From Antedon mediterranea (lineage: Eukaryota > Animalia > Echinodermata), in assembly GCF_964355755.1 (NCBI RefSeq), contig NC_092678.1, forward strand, positions 4,170,422-4,234,421: 64,000 nucleotides of DNA, given 5' to 3'. Shown piece by piece: positions 48,910 through 61,530 of this stretch. Made by a program: the position numbers and the translations under genes. The first letter of the stretch is position 1. Each line of letters begins with the position of its first letter. A model generated the notes under the pieces. The model did not search any database. It was given only the letters and a program-made list of their open reading frames with translations, and was not told the origin of the DNA.

Positions 48910-51900
48910 TTATTTCAGTATTTGTTTAGAGCTAAATGATTAGTGGTCACTTAATTTCTTTCGTACTAATAAAACTCTTTTTTTCATAGATAGAAACTGA
49001 CCTGACTTGCGTCGGTCTGAACTCAGTCGCGTAGGTCGAACAGACCTACTTTTAGAGGTTTTTGCACCCCCTAAGGCACTCCGGTACAACATCGAGGTCG
49101 CAAACTCTCTTTTCAATAAGAACTCTCAAAGAGAATAATGCTGCAGCCGTTTAACTTTTGTCTTTTTTCTAGGGGCGTACCCTTTGTTTGCCGAATTCCT
49201 TTCTCTTATTTGTTTTTTTTTAATTTTCAGTGTTGAATAAAACTATTAAAAACAATTTTTTTCTTGTTAGAAATATTTTATTTTCATTCAGTTGTTTATT
49301 TTTGTTAGAATAGTTTAATTTATTTTATTCTTTTAAATATTTAATTTTAACATTATTTTATAGTTAAAAACTATTATTCTGCTTTATTCTTCATTAATTA
49401 GGTGATCTAATACTTTAACTTAGTCCTAAAAAGCTTTTCAGCGCGATCACTCATCCGTGACGTCATTTATACGCCATTTTGTGAAATCGCATTATCAATC
49501 ATATCTCTATAATTCATTATCACATATTAATGAAATTCCCTACACGTAAACTTCAGGTCAAGGGTAAAAATATCAGTAAATAAAAACGCACGCGTACATA
49601 GGTTCATGTGCGTAAAATCGCGCGTTAAAAGTTTAAAATGTGAAAAATTAATTTCTAATCAATTTTCTACGCATTTCATGTCATTTTAAGCATGTCAAAA
49701 ATTCCCACGCGCGCGCACATTTTTTCGCGCGCGGCACGCATGTAGCGTTAAAAACATATTTTTTTCACTTGATTTATGTTTTTTCAGCCCTTTTCTCGTA
49801 ATTTTACCAACAATTTCGACTTTAAATCACGTCATGCGAGCACGTCGAATTTGAGAATTTGCGCGTGTTTTTGATGAAAAAGTTAAAAAATTTGTCAAAA
49901 TTATGCCTTTTTTTAAACAGTCATATTTTCTAAACTAAACGGTGAAAGTTATTTTTATTACATATTCTGGAAGATGATGAGTTGTAGATATCGGATTATG
50001 CATCAATATGGCTAACCGGACATTGTGACGTCATTGTATGGCCACTCGAATATAAAATATTGGATTTTTGTTTCTTTCGTCATAGCTTATCGCATTTAAT
50101 AGAGCGCATATCCACTTATGCGTTTTTCATTTTGCACCTGATTTTGATATTGTCTAGGTCAATCAATTATCTTTCGAATGATTTAACATTTTAAATTTTT
50201 TTATGACGTCATCATGTTCAAAAGGGTGAATTCCTTGGGTCATTTATTTTCATCATACAGTAAATTTCAATATGTTATAGCTCCTCAGAATAAGAAGAGA
50301 TAATCATGATTAAAACGTTTTCTGGAAGCTGTTGAATTGTAGATACGAATTCATGTAAAAATGTTGCGCTTCGGATGTTGTGACGTCATATGGCCAGTTG
50401 AATTATAAAAGTCGTATTTTCATATTTTGCGTCATAGTTCATGACATTTAAAAGAGCGCGCATCCATATTATGCGTATCCCAATTTCTTCAACACATTAA
50501 TAAGTTGTTGCTCAAATAATTTCCTTCCAAAATTGCTATCTACGTATTTCATTTTGATGACATCATTTTAAAATTTGGAATAAAGGAGGGTCCCGTTATT
50601 TTCACCTATTCTGCACTGTATTTAGTATGTATGCTACACTGTATATAGATATACAGTATATACTGTACATATTGTATATGACATATAATAGGCACAATTC
50701 AGCATTATAAGCGTATAATAGGATGGCATACATCAACATTTTCCGATCGTATGTTAACGTACGTGCATGTTTTAAAAAAAATTAAAGTGACGAATTAAAT
50801 TCTAGTTATTGTTTATATTTTTGCTTTAATACTTTCCTATTGATGGCTGCTTCTAGGCCTACTATTTTTTTTAAATTTTTTTTTTCTTTGATTTTAGCTA
50901 TATTTTAGGCTTTTTCCTTTAACTAAAAAGTTTATCGCTATCGTTATTGATAACAATTTTTTTATTAACAAATAAAAACGTGAGCTAATACTCATTTAAC
51001 AGAAAACCAGCTATAACCAAGCTCGTTTCATGTCTAATGAAACCTCTTTATTTACTTTTGCAACAGTAATATAATACAATCATTTTATTGGTGTATCATT
51101 AGATCTCTTGGTTTCGGGTTTTGAAAAGTTTTTCTTTCTTGTTGTTGAACCATAATACGGTAGGAGTTTTAAAGCCCCATTCCCTACGTTTTTTAGATCT
51201 AATTTAAGATCACAAACTATATTTAATGTAAAAATAATACTATATGGTCCTATTGCGATAACTTTTTTCGTCTTTAAACGGTTAAAAATGTGAAAAATAA
51301 ATCGATTTTAATAATTATAGCGGCCCGCTATAAATCCCAAAATGCATTGCGCGCGGATTGATATTTTTGTTTTTCACCTGTAATTCGCCCACTTTTCGAT
51401 CGATCGTGAAGCAAAAACAAATGGAAGACTCCTAACTTTTCAGCGAAAATACCGGGTGTTCCCCAATTTGTATCAACGGAGTCTGGCAAAAATAGAAAGA
51501 CAATTAATGCAGCAACTATACAACGTCAGGCTAGGTATATAGCTAGCGTACGATGTTCGTACGTTACCGATGTTTACCAGCTAGGCCTACAAAACTAAGC
51601 CTAGCTAGGCTAGGCCTGAGACCGTCCACGAGAGTTCGATCGCCGCGAGCTACTTAGGTAGTGCATTGTTTCTCACTTTTTATCATAATTTACCATAAAA
51701 CGTACATTTAAGACAAGGAATGACATGGTTTAATGTTTTTAAAGTGATATATATGTATTATTTTCCAAAAAACGTCCAAAATTGCAGGGAAGGGGTCTTT
51801 AATTTCTCTTTTTAATTTTTTTTTTCATTTTTTCAATTTTTCCTTGAAGTACTTTCTTTATTCCATTGAAATTTCTAATAATTATGCTTTCTTTATTTAA

Positions 51901-52290
51901 TTTTTTGTTTTATAAAAAAATGTTTATTTTGGTTTTTTTTATTGGATTATTATTTTATTAAAAAAAAAGGAATTTAACCTTTATTATTAGATTTACAATC
52001 TATACTTAGTCTTTTTGTTAATTAAAAATAAATTGTAAAGGTATAAGAATTATTCCAGATATTCAAAACATATTTAAAATGCTTTTTATTTTGTTTTTTT
52101 ATAGTTACGTAATTTTACAATAAATAGTGATTTTTGTGGAAATTTAATCATTCTTATTTTAAAACTTATTAATCTTCTTGTTTTTATTTTCCAGAGGGAC
52201 AACATATCTTTAAAATAGTTTGCTTTTCATGGTTTTATTAATTTATTCTTTTTTCTTTTAGCTACTTTTATTGTTTATTATTAATACATT
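48910..52290 (-). rRNA. rrnL: Mitochondrial 16S rRNA pseudogene (NUMT), in three pieces
   Basis: 16Sbr-primer-like site near 49013 and other LSU motifs at 50840-51120 and 51840-51860. Confidence 0.8.
51173..51798. mobile_element. Kolobok-like MITE (second copy), inserted in the 16S NUMT
   Basis: TTAA TSD on both sides; same termini and body as 37997-38597. Confidence 0.82.
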
Positions 52291-52594
52291 TTTTTTTTTT
52301 TTTTTTTTTTTTTAAACAAAAGAAAATAAAAAACTAAAATTAATATCCTTGGACAAAATAAAAGAAACTGAAAGTAAATGTCAAATGCACAAATAAAACT
52401 AAATTTCTTAAAATGAAAATGTAAGTGAACATAAGAAAAAAACTAAAAGCAGTCATAATAAAATCATCTTCTTCATTTCATCTTCTGCATTTCATCAGCC
52501 AGGAGTATACAGCCTCAGTTGCAAAAACTTCACCATCGGAGATGTCGCTATATGATTTCATCCTTTTGGTCGAAATCCACCCAGAATAAATAAC

Positions 52595-53050
52595 AGACCA
52601 GCAAAAAAAGGGATCAAATAAATAAATACAATAAAAAAGGACCAGCAAGAGAAAAGGAATAAATAAATAAATACAATACAAAAAGGACCAGCAAAAAAAA
52701 AAGGAATAAATAAATAAATACAATACAAAAAGGACCAGCAAAAAAATGAACAAATAAATAAATACAATAAAAAAAAAGGACCAGCAAAAAAAAAGGAATA
52801 AATAAATAAATACAATACAAAAAGGACCAGCAAAAAAAATGAACAAATAAATAAATACAATACAAAAGTACCAGCAAAAAAAATGAAGGAGCAAATAAAT
52901 AAATACAATACAAAAAGGACCAGCAAAAAAATGAACAAATAAATAAATACAATAAAAAAAAGGACCAGCAAAAAAAATGAACAAATAAATAAATACAATA
53001 CAAAAGTACCAGCAAAAAAAACAAAGGAGCAAATAAATAAATAAACAAAA
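52595..53050. repeat. A-rich tandem repeat (about 45-50 bp unit GGACCAGCAAAAAAA(T)GAACAAATAAATAAATACAATACAAAAA)
   Basis: About 9 copies with variable A-tracts; explains the three spurious Phe/Leu-rich ORFs. Confidence 0.9.
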
Positions 53051-54769
53051 AAAGATCACCACCAAATTATACAAAAAAGGAACAAAAAAATCCGTCACTA
53101 AATCATAAACATAAGAAGGAACATTAAAATAAACAACAAAAAAAAGGAAAAAAAAAAGTATAAAGAAAAAAAAACCCATATGGAAATAAAAGGTACTTAG
53201 ACGTTTAGAGCCACTAGATATTTAAAAATCCAAAAAGGGATGATGATACAAAAGGTAAGTGAAACGTGAATAGAGGGAATTATTTATGAACAGAAGTCAC
53301 TACTTGAAACCATGCCTTCTCAATGCTTTATAGAAAAGCTAATCATTTCTGCCATATTTTGTCAAAATGCAAGTTGGATTGTTGTTTACTTTAGCAGAAG
53401 ATTTTTACATGGTTTGTATATGAACTACTGCATACAAAAACATAGCAGTGGGATTGGGTATTTACAATTTGTAAATTCATGGTGATGTTATCTTGGTTCA
53501 TAAATTCCCTCTATTCTTTACAAAACTAGATCAGCTGTGCAAATCACTTGTACAGATCAGCTATACAATAGCTGTACAAATTGGTTGTACAAATTGGCTG
53601 TACAGATTGGCTGTACAAATTACTGTACGTTTCTGCACAATGGGAGATGAAGTTGGCCTGCAACCGATAAAAGCAACAATAAATAAAAGAAGCAAAAAAA
53701 AAATAAAAAAAATAAAAGAGATGCACAAAGAAAAAAAGAGATTCACAAAGAAAATATAGGGATATCACTATCCATCAAAATGAAAATGGTCATGTTGACC
53801 ACAAGACAACAAGGGAGTTTAGACTATAAGGAAAAGGACCACATACTAGTTAGGCCACAGAGGAAAGGGACCACAGAAGAAATGGACCATAGACTAGTTC
53901 AGCCACAGAGGAAATGGACCACAGACTAGTTAGACCAGAGATGAATTTTATATCAGATGGTAACCAGTAACTCTGTTTCAACCAGCATTAATGCATTGGT
54001 CAAAAAACAAGGAGAGTGGAAAGGTGCGTTCAAGGTAGCTTTAACTACCACATGAAAGATGTACAATCCAGAAAAAAACATGGGGAAAGTCTACATTTAA
54101 TAATTTAAATTTTATTTTAATTAAAGGTTATCATGCATTTAGTCACAATTCTAGAAAATTAAATAAACAATCATTCATATAAATATTGTTATACTTTGAT
54201 TTTTCAATGTTGTTGAACCATACTGATGCGACCACCTGCCAGGTGGTTTTGTTTCTCTACACCTGTAAATTTGTCAATGGACGCAGAAATGTTTTTAACA
54301 TAGTACTAATCAAGGTACATAACCAAATGAGGATGTTATTTTCATTGTAAGGGAAGTGGTCTTTTTAAAGCAACTATCGAGGATAAAAAAAAACATGAGT
54401 GGCAATTTTGGTAATCTATTTATATTGAAATGGATTGAACTTTGTTTTATAAATTAATGTGACCATTTTCCATTTAATATTTCAATAAAGTGATTATTGA
54501 AATATTAAACCCTACCATTCATCATACCTTATAGATCAATGTCTTTGTCTAGGCAGATTCAAGGTTTTGAATAATTATAATGTAAATGAGGTTACAGATT
54601 AAATTTAGCAATTGAAGGCCCTGTCACTATTTTGTTATAAAGATCATTTGAGAATTGTACGAGAAGCTTTAACATTTAACCATCTGTTTGCTCATGTGCA
54701 CCATCCTTTTAACACTGACAAAAGTTCTTCATAAATTCATATCCAAAAGACAGAAGACGGTCATTCCAT

Positions 54770-55115
54770 AGTATATTACTGGTACCTTGCAGTTGATCTA
54801 CATAGCTTCCTGAATGAAAAATAAACTGGCCAACAAAGGTTTCAATCAATACCAAATGCTTTAGTTTGTTTTCCTTAGAATGACCCATCAAAAGTCTGAG
54901 CTGCTTAAATTTGACATAATCAGTATTACTGGTCCCTTTCAGTTGATCTTCACAGCTTTTTGAATGAAAAATAAACTGGCCAACAAAGGTTTCTGTCAAT
55001 ACCAAATGCTTAATAGTTCTCTTTTCCAAAGGATGTCCCAACAACCTGAGCTGCTTAAATTTCACATAATCTAGACTACTTGTACTTTGTTGATTTGCAC
55101 AGCTTTTTGAATAGA
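54770..55115. repeat. Diverged 150-bp tandem duplication (about 2.3 copies)
   Basis: TGAATGAAAAATAAACTGGCCAACAAAGGTTTC at 54811 and 54961. Confidence 0.8.
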
Positions 55116-56149
55116 ACGTCCCATCAACTGGTGCACATACTGATATTTTGCATGGTTGATTTGGTTTTTTTTAATCATAAAAATCACATTACAGTACACG
55201 TGTTACTATTTTTAACACATTAGACCAGTGTATTTAAATTTCAGTTTTTTAAGCTAAAATAGTTAGGTAGCGTATCTTCTCATCAATGTTACTCATTGCA
55301 AATCTGCGAAAAAACACAAGCGAATTGGAGTACATACAGCATCTTCTTATACATTTGAATGTACTTTAATTGTTCTTTCATATTCAACAATTTTGCTTAA
55401 AAAGTAACAGGATCTATGCACAATTAACAGATTGAGTAAAAGTTTCTCTTCTCTTTTGTACAAATTTCAAAAGATATACCGTACATTGGAAATTAGCAGA
55501 TAATAATTAAAAATTTTGAAAAGACAGGGCGAGATAATAATGATATTAACTATTACCCTCTCATATCTGCTAATTTTATAACAAGTATTAACGTAATTTT
55601 GATCTCCCCGTTTACTACATGTTTTCTTTCAAACATTCGTGAGTGCTGTTTGATAATTATACATGGACGGTTAAATACCAGGGCAATTACACGTCATGTG
55701 CATTAACAACTCAGAAGTGAAAGGGTATGGTGCCAGTAGACAACTGGATTTTTTTTGTCATATTAATGTACATATTCTATAAAACAAAGTTTAAAACCTT
55801 AGTGAAAATTACATTTACCGAGTAGGCCTTGTGATTGTGAATGCTTGCATACGAAGGAGGAGACCCTAATGTACCATATTAAATGAAATGAGAGACACCT
55901 TTTGAAATGACTAAAAAAAAATTGGAGTTGTCAGATAGCATTTATCAAATGAATCACTTGAAAAAGGAGGTTGCTTGCAGGTAAACAGTACTACGGATAT
56001 TTGTTTTGTCAAACAACATTGAAATAATCAAAGTTATAATAAATATATAGTAAATAATCACTTATTTATATTCTCTTAGAAAGTTTTTAAGGTTATTGGT
56101 CTTTCTATCGTAAATTGTATGGGGTCGGTTCAACAGATTATTTCCGGGA

Positions 56150-56400
56150 TAGTACATTAGATGTACAATAAGAAGAATGGCATTTGCTGGACACGTCTTC
56201 TGAATAAAGAAGAAATTATTTCAGATGTTCTGCTGTGGCAGCCAAAACATGGGCTTGCAAAACAAGGAAGGCCAGCACTCACAGACATTGATATACTAGA
56301 GATAGATACTGGTATGCAGAGAGAGAAACTGGCTGATAGGAAATTATGAAGGAATCTAGTCATAAAGTTAGGGTATGTTCTGGACTGGTAAGTAAGTACA
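56150..56400 (+). mobile_element. RTE-like LINE 3' end fragment
   Basis: FAGH..EEIISDVLLWQPKHG..KQGRPALT; GTAAGTAAGTA tail. Confidence 0.65.
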
Positions 56401-57997
56401 TTAGATGTTACCAAATTACCTTAACTCAGGAAAACCTCAATAGTTTTGTTTTTGTAAGAATGGACACATTGTTTTACATGAATTTATTTAGAATTGACAG
56501 TTAATAAAAAGTAAATCAAACTGACAATGAAACAAGGATGGTTTATATCGTATGATATTACAAATGGAGGCTGGGGTTAATTTATTTTTTCTCTGGTCTA
56601 AGGTCAAAACAGCAGAGAATTACAAAGAAAAAGATCATTACACATCAAGAAAGGACATGTTGTAATGTACTGTAAAGATATAAATCTTTGAATAAACAGA
56701 ACACTAACAGTAGGCCTATATGCAGCAGAACTTTTAAGGCAAGTCATCTTAGAGTCCATCACCAACAAGGAACATAGGGCATCATCCTCGAAATGAGGGA
56801 TAGCCAAGAAGAGGGAGGAGAAGGAGTACTCTATATGATTATAATATAGATATCATATACATCCAGCTATAAAGTCACCATTTGAGGAAAGATAGTGAAG
56901 TTCATAGCAGTACTAAGCAATTTCCTGCTCATTGCTATGTTTGCAACACATGTGGCCATTATGCTAATGAACTGAGACAAGCAGTATAAACAATAAAAGA
57001 TTACCATCTGATAACACTACGTTTCTGATCTAACTGTTGGAATAACTGTAGGATAGCGGAAATAGCTTTTCAATCAAATTGTATAAATGTTTTACTGTAT
57101 TTTTACAGACAATATTTTTTTAAACCACATTCAATCTATTGTTGTTCAACTGTGGTACTGTAGCAAAAAAGAGCCACAATAGGGTGGTAAAATGTCACAA
57201 ATGTGGCAGTTAATGTGTCGAATTTCACATAGAATATTAGTCAACATATTGGACATACAAATTGATATTTCAAGTGTATTATTTAGTTTTTAACATGTGT
57301 AATAATGTGTGTAAACTTGTTATAGTATTTAAGAGAATTAGAATTAAATTTAAATTATATTAAAAATATATTAAAACTATGTGATGGAATTTGTCATCTT
57401 TGATTTCTGTGATTTTCCCTGCAACACTAAAGTGGGAAGGTGGTAGAGGGCCACATCAAGAATTAGATACATAAAGCAACACTTTCGACATTAAAAACAG
57501 TATCATTTTATTTTTCTTTTGTTCGAAGAAATTTAGTTTTATTTATGCATTCAACATTTACATTTCTTCTATTTTGGCCAGTGAATTGAAGAACGAAAGA
57601 AAGTTTCAAGACCTACAATAATTTAGAAAACGAAGGTCTCAATGGTAATTGTTTCTTTTATGGACCTTTTTTAATAGTGTAGTGGGTTCATTTATTTGAG
57701 GGAGGCATTTATTTAAAGTGGGACATTTATTCAAATATATTTCACACAAATTGTAATTTAATATTTTTCTAGCAATGCTTTGCATCATTTTGTATGTTAA
57801 AATAATTATTATGTTTCTTTTTTCAAATCATTCCAGTTTTGTGATTGGTTTTTAACATTAACATTTTCCTTCTTTATAAATTTTAATAGGAGAATTATAG
57901 TTTGTGTATTATACATTTCTGAGAACAAAAAATGTAAATTTTCAAAACCAATTTCTCACACAAGTTAACTAACTTGTGTGAAAGGCTAAGCAACAAT

Positions 57998-58360
57998 CAA
58001 CAAGGCCATATAGATGGCTGCAGTCGCGTGCTCATTAGTGTTTACCGACCGACCGACCAACCTACCAACTGACCGAAATTACTGAACATGTTTAAAAATG
58101 TTGAAATGTTTAAAAACATTTATATTTTTTTAATTTACACGTGCGTAGCCTGTCACTTTTGACGTGCCCGTATAAACATAACCACATCGATTCCTGGCCA
58201 TAAGGAATATATTGTGAAAAATTGACTTAGCTAGATTAAACTGATATCAAGATAAGGTCAGAAAGCGATAAAACGCATAGAGATACCGGACCGACAGACA
58301 GACCGACAGACCGACCGACCGACATAGTGAACTATAGAGTTGCGTCCACGCGACTAATAA
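57998..58360. mobile_element. HINE/DINE-1-like non-autonomous element (GACC/GACA microsatellite, terminal hairpin); inverted fragments at about 1670-1712 and 62278-62355
   Basis: AACAAGGCC..AGTCGCGTG..(CCGA)n..(GACA/GACC)n..CATAGTGAACTATAGAGTTGCGTCCACGCGACTAA. Confidence 0.6.
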
Positions 58361-60484
58361 GCGTGTGAAAATGAAACATCGAAATTCAGTTTGATTTGCC
58401 TGAGCCTACGATCCCTGGACTGCTCCAACAGAGCAGTAAATCTTCAACAAATAAAATATTCTCTCCATCCAAGGAAATGGAACTTTTCTTTACAGGTACC
58501 TTCAAGCATATATTATGCCTAGAAAATAAATTGTTTACCCTACAGACTTCTATGGTTTGAGGTTTTTTAAGTGCAAACTTTGTTAGAATGTCTCTGCCAT
58601 TGGGTCACAGAATAAATGAGCCTTTTGAACAGCATATTGTTCTGGAATCCGGATTAAATCTGGATTAAACAAGATAAAGGTGAGTCAGTGTCCGCGCATT
58701 CATTACTAGGTACAAACTTTAACTCTAACTATATGGAACTAACAGATGGAACGGCTGCAAAAATTGCACTGAAAAAGGGTGAAAGAACCATCATTTTATA
58801 TGATACTATTAAAGTAAAACATGTTCAAGCTGTTTTGAAAACGTACCCTATTGCTCATCATATTTTAAGGATAATTTTTTCACTACAAGCAGCAACCAAG
58901 GTTCCAAAGTGTCCATAAATGGAACGGGAGTATACCGACTAGAACATCTGGTGGGTATTCAAAATTAAAGAAGATTCAGAGGTAATAATTTATGTAAGGC
59001 CAGATATGTTGCAAGGGCCTAGGATAGAGCAAGGACGAAGGCATCGACTATATGCAACTTTTATTTTCATGCCCCAAAGATACTAACAAGATATATTGCA
59101 CAGGCAGAGGGTTTTGAGATCCCAGAAATGGGAATAAATTAGTGTACCGGTTAAATAAATCCATATGTGGCCTCAAACACTCCAGGAGAACAAAATGCAC
59201 TGTAAAACACCAAATGGTTTTAACCAATCAAGAAAAATATAGTTAAAATATGAGTAGAAGACACAGCCAGTAGTGACACAACCTTGATAAATATGTTTAA
59301 GGGTCATTCTTTAGTAAGTGTCTAATTTCAGGTTTATAAAAAATTGATTTTTAAAACTTATTTTTTTTATTTTAAAGTTTATTCGGATAAATGAACATAT
59401 ATTACACTACATGGCAAGCTTATGTTTAGTATATATTTCATCTGTATTTTAAAAAAACATGGTTCAAGTATGCAGTCTAATCTGTTACTTAGGGAATAAA
59501 CAAGACTGGAAAAGAAAAACAAAATTGTGTTGGTGAGGAAAAAAACTGTATACAGTAGTATCGAAGAATTGATAATAGAAATAATTTAATTCCATATTCC
59601 ATCGGACAAACGGATGCACCGCCGATTTTACTACCAGAAATAAAAAATAAAGCAAAAGAAAAACACAAAGTAGAGGACTTTCTTTTTGCGGAGAAAGGAA
59701 ATATAGAATGCAAAGCGGGACGTATTGCTGAAAATAAGAACGATAGCTTAATAACTTGTGTACAAGCTAAAGACAAGAAAGGGGCTTGGATCTGCCCAGT
59801 GTGTCAACGGATCCCTAGCATTCTTTCAACATAGAAATAATTTAATAATTCCAAACCTGTTATCTTTTCCATATTTATATAATAGTATGATGCTATATGT
59901 CCCAAATCATTTACTATTTCAAAAACCAATGGTCCTGTTTTTGCTGTCAGAAATATACCATATGCAGGAATCGAAAGAGAAACTGAAGTTTTTAAGACAA
60001 TCTCAAACAAATGGAATTAAGGCAGAATTCAAGATGGACTTGTTCTCAAAACAAGTTAACAATAACCAGAAATAAGGAATGATAGTTGATACTTTCAACT
60101 TCAGACAAATGAGCCTTTGAACAGCACATTGTGCTGGATTAAACAAGATTCAGGTGTGTTCACCTTCGTTCAATAAAAAAAGGAAAAGAAAAAAAAAGAA
60201 ATACCTCTACTCATTACAGTTTGTTTGACCCTTTTTGTTTTCATCATGTGTTCTGTTTGTGTGGGTATGTCTTGTTTGACTTTTTGGAATTTATCAGCAT
60301 TTTTTTATAGACACTTTTAAATGTTTTAATCTCATAATTTATTTGTAAATTGAAACAAATGTTTCTTATTGTTATTCTGATTTTGAAAGAAATAAATTTT
60401 TGCTTGAATTGAATTGAATTCTTTTATAAAAGTTATAAAATTTTACACTGGATACTATGGAACGCCTCCTCCAATGGCATGATG

Positions 60485-60738
60485 TTTGGTGTGTACTGCA
60501 TGATGATTAGTGTGTACTGCATGATGATTAGTGTGTACTGCATGACGATTGGTGTGTACTGCATGACGATTGGTGTGTACTGCATGACCATTGGTGTGTA
60601 CTGCATGACCATTGGTGTGTACTGCATGACCATTGGTGTGTACTGCATGACCATTGGTGTGTACTGCATGACCATTGGTGTGTACTGCATGACCATTGCC
60701 GGGTGTGTACTGCATGACCATTGGTGTGTACTGCATGA
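60485..60738. repeat. 21-bp tandem repeat, about 12 copies
   Basis: Unit TGGTGTGTACTGCATGACCAT. Confidence 0.93.
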
Positions 60739-61214
60739 TAAATGTGAACTGAAGGCAGAGGAGGTGTTCCATACGATACCACTACTGCAAATGTCATTTG
60801 AGATAATACAGGCACAAACAAAGGAAATGTCAAATGCCCAGGAAGAGTCAGTAGATGCCGTAGGCCTATATAGATTTCAAGGAAGTAAAGGTAAACAAAC
60901 ACGTACAATTGCACAACAAATGTAGCTTATGTGGCAGAAAGAACCATCAAAGAGAACAGTGTTGGCTTAAAAGAGAAAACGTGCAACAACTGGGGTAAAG
61001 TGGGACAAGGTGTATGTGGTAATAAATATGGACTTTGAACTGGAGATCAGCTGTGACACCGATCCCAAACAATGTAAATGTGATGTTCTGTTAGAACCTA
61101 CCAGTAAACAATGTTTTATAGTTTCAAGAGGGGAAAGTAAACCTAAATGCTTGCCTTAGTTGTATGTTATCTACATTAATAATAACAACAACCCAGGTTT
61201 GTATGAAATTAGCC

Positions 61215-61530
61215 AAAAAAATTGATAAAAAATAATAAAATTATGCTAGGTGGCAGCACAAAATTATGCCAGATTATGCCAGGCACAGACAAAATAGTAC
61301 AAAAACAATGTGTCTGAGGGTATTCAGGTTTTCGACTAGGTAAATTATGCTAGATTGAGTACAAATTATGCTAGTTTTTTAGAAAATATGCTAGATATGC
61401 TAAATCGTGGTATCTATGCTGTCGAATTGGGTTTTCAAATTATGCTAGATTTTCAAAAATTATGCCTAGCATAAATGCTAGATGCCAGATGGGGCAAAAT
61501 TATGCTAGATTTGGCCACTATGCCACAGGT
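61215..61530. mobile_element. DNA-transposon end with reiterated AATTATGCTAG motifs
   Basis: About 10 dispersed (AA)TTATGC(T/C)AG motifs, typical of subterminal transposase-binding repeats; TIR/TSD not resolved. Confidence 0.4.

Larger units (their letters stand above)
47880..52290 (-). pseudogene. NUMT: nuclear copy of mitochondrial 12S rRNA, tRNA-Phe, tRNA-Leu(UUR), tRNA-Gly and 16S rRNA, fragmented by two insertions
   Basis: Reverse complements of conserved 12S (GGCGGTGTGTAC, TATAACCGCAGTGGCTGG) and 16S (CGGTCTGAACTCAG, CAACATCGAGGTCGCAAAC, GATGGCTGCTTCTAGGCCTAC, AACCAGCTATAACCAAGCTCG) motifs; deletions; interrupted at about 49435-50780 and 51173-51798. Confidence 0.9.

Noticed and set aside
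47880-52290. Genuine mitochondrial contig or chimeric assembly
   Set aside because: The rRNAs carry deletions and are interrupted by nuclear TEs, one with a TTAA TSD, so this is a nuclear insertion.
52478-53179. Three overlapping hydrophobic F/L/I-rich ORFs resembling membrane proteins
   Set aside because: They are translations of an A-rich tandem repeat on the T-rich strand.
60433-60925. ORFs with MVMQYTP / HAVHTNG / CMTIGVY repeats
   Set aside because: A 21-bp stop-poor minisatellite is open in several frames.
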